Positions 56,374-64,000 of a stretch of 64,000 nt of DNA are shown one piece after another. The DNA lies in contig OZ253462.1 in assembly GCA_965261395.1 (NCBI GenBank), positions 4,256,001-4,320,000 of the forward strand, in the 5' to 3' direction. The position numbers were made by a program, and so were the translations under genes. Below the pieces are notes generated by a model. It was not told the DNA's origin, made no database searches, and was given only the letters and a program-made list of their open reading frames with translations. The DNA is from Candidatus Latescibacterota bacterium (GTDB taxonomy: Bacteria > Latescibacterota > UBA2968 > UBA8231). Numbering within the stretch: position 1 is the first letter of the stretch; the number at the start of each line of letters is the position of its first letter.

Positions 56374-59154
56374 ATGCGATTGTCCTGGAACGAGATTCGC
56401 GCCCGCGCCGCTACATTCGCCCAAGAGTGGCAGGACGCGGGCTACGAGAAGGGGCAGACTCAGCTTTTCTACCGCGACTTTTTCGATGTCTTCGGCGTGC
56501 CCGTGCGCCGGGTCGCCGCGTTTGAGGAACCCGTTAAACTGCTCGGTTCTAAGCGCGGCTTTATCGACCTGTTTTGGAAGGGCGTCCTGCTCGTCGAGCA
56601 GAAAAGTGTCGGTCGCGATCTCGCCAAAGCCAAGACCCAAGCTCTCTCCTACTTCCCCGGCCTCAAGGACGCCGACCTGCCGCGCTATATCCTCTTGAGC
56701 GACTTCGCGACGTTTGAGTTATACGACCTCGACGAAGACGAAAGCGTCGCCTTTGCTCTCGCCGACTTGCCCCAACACGTCGAAAAGTTCGGCTTCATCT
56801 TGGGCGTGCAGAAGCGGACCTTCCGCGATCAGGACCCGGTCAATATCGAGGCGTCCGAGCGCGTCGGCGATCTCCACGACGCGCTGGCGGCCTCCGGCTA
56901 CAAGGGCCACGACTTAGAGCAATTTCTCGTCCGCATCGTGTTCTGTTTCTTTGCCGACGACACCGGCATCTTCGAGCCACGCGACATTTTCCTCGATCTG
57001 TTGGAAAATCGGACGCGGGAAGATGGCTCCGATCTCGGCGGCTGGCTGGCTCAACTTTTTCAAGTGCTCAACACACCCGAGGACCGCCGAGCCAACACCC
57101 TCGACTCAGACCTCGCCCGCTTCCCCTATGTCAACGGCGACCTGTTCCGCGACCCGCTGCTGATTCCATCATTCGATTCCCAGATGCGTCAGCGGTTGAT
57201 TGACGCTTGCCATTTCAATTGGTCCGACATCTCTCCGGCGATCTTTGGCTCGCTCTTTCAGTCGGTGATGGACAAGAACGAGCGCCGCGCTCAGGGCGCG
57301 CACTACACCACCGAACAGAACATTCTCAAGGTCATTGAGCCGCTATTTCTCGACGAGTTGCGCGCAGAGTTCCGTCGTCTTCAGTCGCGCCGCGACAACC
57401 GCCGCATCCCCGAACTGATCGCCTTTCAGCAGCGGCTTGGCCAGTTGCGCTTTTTGGACCCGGCTTGTGGCTGCGGCAACTTCCTCATCATCGCCTATCG
57501 CGAGTTGCGGACGTTGGAAATCGAGGTGCTCAAAGAGATTCGTCCGCACGGCCAACTCGACGTCTTAGCCGAGCTGCTTTCGGTGGTCGATGTGGATCAG
57601 TTCTACGGCATTGAGTTAGGGGAATTTCCGGCGCACATCGCCGAGGTCGCCTTGTGGATGATGGATCACATTATGAACAACCGGCTGAGCTTGGAGTTCG
57701 GCCAGACGTACACGCGCATTCCGTTAGAGAAGTCCCCGCACATCCGACACGGCGATGCGCTGGAAACGGACTGGAGCGAGCTGCTGCCGCCGGAGGAATG
57801 TTCCCACGTGCTCGGCAATCCGCCGTTTGTGGGCGCGAAGTTCCAATCGCCCGAACAGCGCGCACAGGTGCGTCGCATCGCTGCGCTAGGCAAAAGCGGC
57901 GGCACGCTCGACTACGTAACCGCGTGGTTTCTCAAGGCTGGCGAATACGTGCAGCAGAGCGCGGCGCAAATCGGCTTTGTGGCGACCAATTCCATCACGC
58001 AGGGTGAACAAGTGGCGCAGCTTTGGCCGATCTTGTTTGACCGCTGCAAGCTGGACATCGCCTTTGCCCACCGGACTTTTGCTTGGGGATCGGACGCTCG
58101 CGGCATGGCGCACGTTCACGTCGTCATTATCGGACTGACTAAACGGGGCGATGCACCGCGAGAGAAGCGGCTGTTTTCCTACGACACGCCCAAAGGCGAT
58201 CCGCAAGAGAGCCAACACGCGGCCCTCTCGCCCTACCTGTTTGATGCTGGTGGGCTGGCCGATGCGCGAGTTGTCGTAAAGGAATCAGCCCAAGCGCTGA
58301 ATGGGCTGCCGCCCTTATTGAGCGGTTCGCAACCCATTGACGACAGGAACTACATTTTCGACGCTGACCAACGGGTCGCGTTTTTAATAGAAGAGCCAAC
58401 AGCCGAGAAGTTTATGCGCCCTTACATCGGCGCACGGGAGCACATTCAAGGTGGTGAACGCTGGATTTTGGCCCTTCAAGACGCTAGCCCGGCCGACCTC
58501 AAAGCGATGCCAAAAGTCGTTGAGCGGATGCGGGCCGTAAAGGCGTTCAGAGCGAAAAGCAAACGCAAGAGTACGCTCGCCATTGCCGACTATCCAGCGC
58601 AATACAATGTCAACGTCATTCCTACTGCGCCGTTTTTAGTCGTGCCAAAGGTCAGTTCTGAACGGCGGGAATATGTGCCGATTGGATGGCTGGAGCCGAC
58701 GACGATCCCAAGCGACCTTGTTTTCGTGCTGAATGATGCAACTAAACCCCTATTCACCCTACTCACCTCCGCCATGCACGTAAGCTGGCTGCGCTACATC
58801 GGCGGTCGGCTGAAAAGCGATTACCGCTACTCCATCGGCCTCGTGTACAACACCTTCCCTCTACCTCCCGTCCCCACAGAACGCCTACAACGCCTCGCGC
58901 TCCACGCCGACGCCGTCCTCGCCGCCCGCGCCAACCATCCCGACGCAACGCTGGCCAACCTCTACGATCCCATCCTCATGCCCGCCGACCTTCGCAAAGC
59001 ACACCAAGCCCTCGACCGCGCCGTCGATAGACTGTACCGCCGCAGCGGCTTCACCTCCGACCGCGAGCGCGTCGAACATCTATTTGGACTGTACGAAAAA
59101 ATGCTGGTGCCGCTGACGGCCAAGGCCAAGCCGAAACGGCGAAGGAGGGCGTAG
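56374..59154 (+). CDS. MmeI-like Type IIL restriction-modification enzyme
   Basis: PD-(D/E)xK 'FIDLFWKGVLLVEQK', 'GAHYT', 'DPACGCGNF', 'NPPF', 'VSSERREYVP', 'GGRLKSDYRYS'. Confidence 0.92.
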   Translation: MRLSWNEIRARAATFAQEWQDAGYEKGQTQLFYRDFFDVFGVPVRRVAAFEEPVKLLGSKRGFIDLFWKGVLLVEQKSVGRDLAKAKTQALSYFPGLKDADLPRYILLSDFATFELYDLDEDESVAFALADLPQHVEKFGFILGVQKRTFRDQDPVNIEASERVGDLHDALAASGYKGHDLEQFLVRIVFCFFADDTGIFEPRDIFLDLLENRTREDGSDLGGWLAQLFQVLNTPEDRRANTLDSDLARFPYVNGDLFRDPLLIPSFDSQMRQRLIDACHFNWSDISPAIFGSLFQSVMDKNERRAQGAHYTTEQNILKVIEPLFLDELRAEFRRLQSRRDNRRIPELIAFQQRLGQLRFLDPACGCGNFLIIAYRELRTLEIEVLKEIRPHGQLDVLAELLSVVDVDQFYGIELGEFPAHIAEVALWMMDHIMNNRLSLEFGQTYTRIPLEKSPHIRHGDALETDWSELLPPEECSHVLGNPPFVGAKFQSPEQRAQVRRIAALGKSGGTLDYVTAWFLKAGEYVQQSAAQIGFVATNSITQGEQVAQLWPILFDRCKLDIAFAHRTFAWGSDARGMAHVHVVIIGLTKRGDAPREKRLFSYDTPKGDPQESQHAALSPYLFDAGGLADARVVVKESAQALNGLPPLLSGSQPIDDRNYIFDADQRVAFLIEEPTAEKFMRPYIGAREHIQGGERWILALQDASPADLKAMPKVVERMRAVKAFRAKSKRKSTLAIADYPAQYNVNVIPTAPFLVVPKVSSERREYVPIGWLEPTTIPSDLVFVLNDATKPLFTLLTSAMHVSWLRYIGGRLKSDYRYSIGLVYNTFPLPPVPTERLQRLALHADAVLAARANHPDATLANLYDPILMPADLRKAHQALDRAVDRLYRRSGFTSDRERVEHLFGLYEKMLVPLTAKAKPKRRRRA

Positions 59155-59182
59155 GGGAAAGGCTAGTGCCGAAGGTGACTTT

Positions 59183-59365
59183 TTAAGAGGTTATTCCCAG
59201 TTGTTGTTTGATCAATTTGCACAAACTTTCCTTAATCTCTCGATGTCTTGGCACTGGAGCCTGCTTACCATTTTGAATATTGGCATAAATATCATGCCTG
59301 CTGCCATGCCTTTTCAAGTAGCACCCTTCATCGGTCAGGTGTCTGATGAAGTCCCTCCGCTTCAA
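59183..59365 (-). CDS. hicA: HicA-family toxin
   Basis: 'MKRRDFIRHL..EGC...RHGSRHDIY....VPRH.EI...L...I.QQL'. Confidence 0.88.
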   Translation of the reverse strand: MKRRDFIRHLTDEGCYLKRHGSRHDIYANIQNGKQAPVPRHREIKESLCKLIKQQLGITS

Positions 59366-59571
59366 GGTACTTCCATATTTATATCGATTGAACTGTATTC
59401 TTCTACAGGTACCGGCATAGCCTCTTGTGCCATGAGCTGGTAGGCGTCTTTGATATTCACTTTCAACTCTTCTAAACTTTCCCCTTGGCTGAACACTCCA
59501 GGAACTTCACGGAGCTTCCCAACGTACCAACCATCATCTACCCAAAAATCCAAGGTAAAACTTCTAAACAT
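59362..59571 (-). CDS. hicB: short HicB-family antitoxin
   Basis: 'GWYVG...EVPGVFSQGESLEELKVNIKDA'; 4-nt overlap with hicA. Confidence 0.88.
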   Translation of the reverse strand: MFRSFTLDFWVDDGWYVGKLREVPGVFSQGESLEELKVNIKDAYQLMAQEAMPVPVEEYSSIDINMEVP

Positions 59572-59691
59572 ATCCCTGTCCTCTCTTACGATGCACTTAC
59601 AAATTCTATAAACGTGAAGGCGATCACTCTCAGATGTTCAAATAAGCTAAGAGAGATGTCAAGCTACAACTTCCTCAGTTGCAACGCGGAG

Positions 59692-61743
59692 TCACCGCTG
59701 CACAACCCAATAGTGAAACGAAACAATCGGCCGCAAATCGCCGCCAAAGTGGATCGGCTGCGTCTCAATCTCGACGCGGCTGCTCACATCCGAGGCCGCT
59801 ATCTGGCCGACGGCTAGTTCGAGCCACTGACGGCCCCGCCCCCCCGGCAGCTCCACATTGGCGATCTTCTTTCCATTAGCTACCACCGCAAAGTGCTGAG
59901 CGATACCCGTAACCGTGCGCATGATCACAGCCGCCGGTTGGCCAGCATTCAGCGCCACCTCGATCCGCTCACCCCCCGTTACCGTCCGGCCCCCGTCGAT
60001 GTACACAGCTTGGGGATCATCGGCAGCACTCAGCGCCAGCAACAGATTCGCCTCCCCGCTACCAGGAACCCACACCTTGGATTGGTAGCCGTGCCGACGT
60101 TCGCTTTCCAGATCGGCCACATCCACTTTATCAACCACTCGCCAGCCTTCCTCTAAGAGCGTCCGGTTGCGGATGGCTTCGCCGCTGAGACTAGCGGCCC
60201 AGTTCGCCTGATACAACACCTTCTCCGCATCTATAATCGATGGCTCAAAGACGCGGATGCGGTGCAGCGGCTGCAAGAAGATCCCTTCGGGAAAATTGAA
60301 CCAATTAGGAAAAATGGCGAAATACTGCGGGCGCTGGTCCGGCGGCATGGCTTCCAAGCGCTCGAATAGCGATCCGCTCCCGTGTCGCCAAGGCGCGCTA
60401 TTCCCAGCCGTGGTCAACCCAACTAAGTCGATGGTTTGGCGGCGACTGAAGTAGCGCAGGGCACCGGCGTCGTTGACGGCGATGCGCGCGTCAGGCGGCA
60501 ACTCGGCGTCGATAAAGCGCGCCATCTCGACCTGCTGGTTGCGGATATCGCTGCAATTTTCCCCGTACGCCACCGCGAAGAACCCCACCGACATCAACCC
60601 CCACAAGCCGAAAAAGCAAGCCAATCCCCGCGCCAGCTTGCGGCCCCACTCTCCCCCAGCCTCATCCAAGCGCCCCAAGCCCAAGGCGGCAAAGAGAATG
60701 TAGAGCGGCAAGAAGGGCTGCTGATAGCGGTTGAAGTGGGCGTCGTATTCGACGAGGGTGCAGGTTAGGAGAACGCCGCCGACAAACCACGCCCCACCCA
60801 ATGCCGCCACCCCGAGCTTCCGCTCGGACAGCTCGCTCCAGAGCCGATAGCTTAGCTCGGCTAAAAAGAAGAGCGCGATAAACGGGGCAAACACCATGCG
60901 GCGATAGTTGCCGTCATACGCGTATAAATTGACGCTGGTCTGATGCCCAAGCGACCCGGTGAGGATCCCTTTGACAAATTCGGCGAAGTCGAAAAAGACG
61001 GCGCGGATCTGCTCGGGCAATGAGCCGTGCGGTTGGGCAAAGCGCCATTTAGCCTCGACCCCAGACGCCCCGGCCTCCCCCGTACACCAAGCCAGCAGCA
61101 GGGCCTGGAGCACGTACGCCCCCAAGGGCATCCCCCACTGCCAGTTCAACGCCCGGCGATAGGCGACTAGCGCCGCCAGCAGCAGCAAGACCAAGGCGAT
61201 CCCCTCGGGCCGCGCCAACGCCAGCAAGGCCGCCGCCAGCGGAGTGCGCCGATCTTCCGTTAGGTACAGATACAGGGTCAGCAAGATAGAGAAGGCAAAG
61301 AGGCCGATCGCCATGCCGCTGTAGTAGCCCCACAGCAGCGGGCCGCATAACAGAAACATCAACGCAGCCACCCAGCCGCTGAACGGGCCGCCTAATCTGC
61401 GGCCCAGCAGCAGGAGCAGCCGCGCGCTCAACCCGAGCCACACAGCCCCCAACGCTAACGCGTACAGCGCAATCCCCATCCCATCCAGCCCCAACCAAAA
61501 GACCGGCACCAGCAGCAAGGTGTACAGCAGGCTAGTCGCGCCGGCCGTTGGCTCAGCGCCGGTATTGTATTCGAGGAAGTGCCCTTGGGCTGCTTGCCGC
61601 GCGTATTGGAAATAGATAAAGGAATCGTCCAGCGGCAGGGCCAAACGGCCGCCGGTGTGGTAGAGCATGGAGGCCGCAAAGAGCAAAAGCCACAAAAGGG
61701 TCACGCCCCAAAGGATGGCCCTCTCTCGTCGAATTGCGTTCAT
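59692..61743 (-). CDS. GT-C-fold membrane glycosyltransferase-like protein
   Basis: 'LDDSFIYFQYA', 'GATS.LY', 'ARPEG', 'DAGALRY...DLVGL'; C-terminal soluble domain. Confidence 0.7.
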   Translation of the reverse strand: MNAIRRERAILWGVTLLWLLLFAASMLYHTGGRLALPLDDSFIYFQYARQAAQGHFLEYNTGAEPTAGATSLLYTLLLVPVFWLGLDGMGIALYALALGAVWLGLSARLLLLLGRRLGGPFSGWVAALMFLLCGPLLWGYYSGMAIGLFAFSILLTLYLYLTEDRRTPLAAALLALARPEGIALVLLLLAALVAYRRALNWQWGMPLGAYVLQALLLAWCTGEAGASGVEAKWRFAQPHGSLPEQIRAVFFDFAEFVKGILTGSLGHQTSVNLYAYDGNYRRMVFAPFIALFFLAELSYRLWSELSERKLGVAALGGAWFVGGVLLTCTLVEYDAHFNRYQQPFLPLYILFAALGLGRLDEAGGEWGRKLARGLACFFGLWGLMSVGFFAVAYGENCSDIRNQQVEMARFIDAELPPDARIAVNDAGALRYFSRRQTIDLVGLTTAGNSAPWRHGSGSLFERLEAMPPDQRPQYFAIFPNWFNFPEGIFLQPLHRIRVFEPSIIDAEKVLYQANWAASLSGEAIRNRTLLEEGWRVVDKVDVADLESERRHGYQSKVWVPGSGEANLLLALSAADDPQAVYIDGGRTVTGGERIEVALNAGQPAAVIMRTVTGIAQHFAVVANGKKIANVELPGGRGRQWLELAVGQIAASDVSSRVEIETQPIHFGGDLRPIVSFHYWVVQR

Positions 61744-61746
61744 CCC

Positions 61747-63159
61747 CTATTCGCCCGCACGCTTGCCAATCGCATCCGCTAGGTGATCCATCAAATCATC
61801 CAGTGCCTGCCGCGATGCGCGACCGCGAAACGCGTTGAGTGCCGGATCATCTGTCTCCACCATCCATTCCTCAAGCGCATTTCTCAGACCCTGAATTTCA
61901 TTGGCATAGCTGGGATCATCAATCAGGTTGTTCAGCGCATTGGGATCGTGCTCAAAGTCGTAAAATTCTTCCACTACGCGATACGTAAACAAATGATTGC
62001 GCGCCGCCAATGCTGGATCGTTGGCCGCTGCTGCTTCCATCGCCTGCCAGGACCGACCATGCTGGGACTCATTGCGAAACGCTCGCTCGCCATCGGACCA
62101 GGGGTTGAAAATGTAACCGAACCGCGCATTTTGCACGCACCGCATGGGGTAATTGCGCCGCGCCGAAGTCTGGTGAAATTGCGTGAACACTTGCTCGCAG
62201 CCAGCCAGCTCTGCACCCCGCAACACCGGCAAAAACGATTGGCCATTGACGCCGTCTGGAATATCCACGCCCATTGCATCCAGCACGGTAGGCAGGTAAT
62301 CGATCCCAGCAATAAAATGCTTGGCATCCACGCGTCCGGCCTGAATAACCGCTGGCCATCGCACTACCCAAGGCGTGCGCGTACTGTGCAAATAACAATT
62401 GGTCTTGGCAAATGGAAATGCCATGCCATTATCCGACAAAAACATCACCAAGGTATTCTCCGCCACGCCCACCGCATCCAACACGTCGAGCAATCGCCCC
62501 ACCGTATCATCACAGCGGCGCACCGAATTGTAATACTCGGCTATTTCCAGCCGCACATCCGGTATATCGGGCAAAAACCCGGGGACAATAACCTCTTCTG
62601 GAGCAAATGTGCGCGAGGGTGGCACGGCCGGCGGATCGAGTTCGCCATACCACTCGGACTTGTCATTGCCGTAAAACGGACGATGCGGATCGTGGGAATT
62701 TGCCATCAAAAAAAATGGCCGGTCGCCATCTATGGCATCCTGCACGAACTTTCTTGCATACTGATAATACACCTCGGGATTTCGTCCCTGCCCCAAATTG
62801 ATCTGCTCATGTGCCATATCCCATTGAAATGCTTGGTATGGCGTCGAATGTGTCACTTTGCCCAAAATGCCCACATCATACCCCGCAGCGCGCAAAATAG
62901 CGGGCAGAATGGGCACGCCTTTGCAGCGCAAACGATAAAAGCCCTCGCCCCCACTCAGATGCGGATAGCGCCCAGTCATCAACGCCGAGCGGCTCGGTTG
63001 GCACACCGCAATCGTCACATGACCGTGCTTAAATCGCAATCCCTCTGCGGCCAAGCGGTCGATATTCGGTGTTGTTCCCGCGGTCGGACACCCAAATGCC
63101 CCCACCGCATCCCAGTTCATGTCGTCTGCCGTAATTAGCATAAAGTTTGGTCTATTCAT
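61747..63159 (-). CDS. sulfatase (N-sulfoglucosamine sulfohydrolase-like)
   Basis: 'PNFMLITADD', formylglycine motif 'CQPSRSALMTG', 'DPHRP', 'SDNG'; no signal peptide. Confidence 0.9.
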   Translation of the reverse strand: MNRPNFMLITADDMNWDAVGAFGCPTAGTTPNIDRLAAEGLRFKHGHVTIAVCQPSRSALMTGRYPHLSGGEGFYRLRCKGVPILPAILRAAGYDVGILGKVTHSTPYQAFQWDMAHEQINLGQGRNPEVYYQYARKFVQDAIDGDRPFFLMANSHDPHRPFYGNDKSEWYGELDPPAVPPSRTFAPEEVIVPGFLPDIPDVRLEIAEYYNSVRRCDDTVGRLLDVLDAVGVAENTLVMFLSDNGMAFPFAKTNCYLHSTRTPWVVRWPAVIQAGRVDAKHFIAGIDYLPTVLDAMGVDIPDGVNGQSFLPVLRGAELAGCEQVFTQFHQTSARRNYPMRCVQNARFGYIFNPWSDGERAFRNESQHGRSWQAMEAAAANDPALAARNHLFTYRVVEEFYDFEHDPNALNNLIDDPSYANEIQGLRNALEEWMVETDDPALNAFRGRASRQALDDLMDHLADAIGKRAGE

Positions 63160-63204
63160 AAATTGGTTCGCCTCTCTAATCCATCCTAACCCATTGGAAA
63201 AACT

Positions 63205-64000
63205 ATGCGCCCACTTTACCTACTCTTGTCGCTGCTCGTCCCAGCCGCCCTTTGCGCGGCCTCTCCCTTTGATCACGGCCCCTTTGACCAAGTGCTGCAA
63301 GAATACGTGGATGACCAAGGTTTGGTCCGCTACGCCGCCCTAGCCGCAGACCGGGCCCAACTCGACGCCTATGTCGATAGCCTCGGCCACTCCAGCCCAG
63401 AAAGCCACCCCGACCGCTTCCCCACCCGCGAACACGAGCTGGCCTACTGGATCAATGCGTACAACGCCTTTACCCTGCGGGGCGTCATCGACGCCTATCC
63501 CATCGCCAGCGTCAAGGACGCCTTTGTGTTAAGCGGCTTTTTCAACCGCCAGACCTTTGTCGCTGGGGGGCGCGAGATGACGTTGGATCACATTGAAAAC
63601 CAAATCATCCGACCAACCTACCAAGAGCCGCGCATCCACTTCGCGGTCAACTGCGCGGCCCTCAGTTGCCCGCAACTGGACAACCGAGCCTTTACCGCCC
63701 CCGATCTCGACGACTGCTTGGAACGGGCGCTAACGCGCTTTGCCCAAGATCCCAACCACGTGCGCTTGCAAGGGAAGCAGCTCTACCTATCCAAACTTCT
63801 AGACTGGTACGGAGAGGATTTCACGGCTTGGTTCCCGCCCGACCGCCCCAATCCCGAGGCCATGCCCACCATCGTCAACTACCTGCGCCCGTATCTTCCC
63901 TCGGACCTATCCGCTGGGCTGACCGAGGATGTAGCCATCGAATACAACGACTACGACTGGGCGCTCAACGAGGACAAAGAAACGGGAAGCCCCCGCCCAG
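63205..64000 (+). CDS. DUF547-domain secreted protein (stop beyond window)
   Basis: Own translation, absent from the ORF track: signal peptide, '[10 protein letters not shown]', 'LDHIEN..IR....[16 protein letters not shown]', 'YDWALN'. Confidence 0.88.
   Translation, partial: MRPLYLLLSLLVPAALCAASPFDHGPFDQVLQEYVDDQGLVRYAALAADRAQLDAYVDSLGHSSPESHPDRFPTREHELAYWINAYNAFTLRGVIDAYPIASVKDAFVLSGFFNRQTFVAGGREMTLDHIENQIIRPTYQEPRIHFAVNCAALSCPQLDNRAFTAPDLDDCLERALTRFAQDPNHVRLQGKQLYLSKLLDWYGEDFTAWFPPDRPNPEAMPTIVNYLRPYLPSDLSAGLTEDVAIEYNDYDWALNEDKETGSPRP

Noticed and set aside
1-64000. tRNA, rRNA, riboswitch, prophage or integrase
   Set aside because: Intergenic gaps are short and none showed recognisable structure by eye; a covariance-model scan would be needed to exclude small RNAs.

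Overview
GC-rich bacterial chromosomal window with about 52 protein-coding genes. I recognise no rRNA, tRNA or CRISPR array. Gene content (PorV-like barrel, GT-C/TPR proteins, sulfatase, DUF6785-like proteins, secreted ankyrin protein) suggests an FCB-group diderm such as Latescibacterota, possibly host-associated; this is inference only. Housekeeping genes include purB, pyrH, cysC, gdhA, ftsH, a lone E2, hemE and korAB. Notable loci: (1) a translationally coupled three-gene membrane operon (22320->12576) encoding two OPT-like proteins and a 1466-aa FtsX/MacB protein with a degenerate M28 peptidase domain and no ATPase nearby, where one OPT-like subunit carries a PDZ-like pair and a CCCH knuckle; (2) an 8-gene PspA/polyamine operon with a J-domain protein and a Tat-exported flavin amine oxidase; (3) a lower-GC islet with a VasI/TagO-like domain fused to recently amplified ankyrin repeats; (4) apparent pseudoenzymes (UvrA-like, GH-like); (5) a decayed IS200/IS605 tnpB 3' end; (6) an MmeI-type R-M gene plus hicBA. 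Family names come from motif recognition, not database searches.
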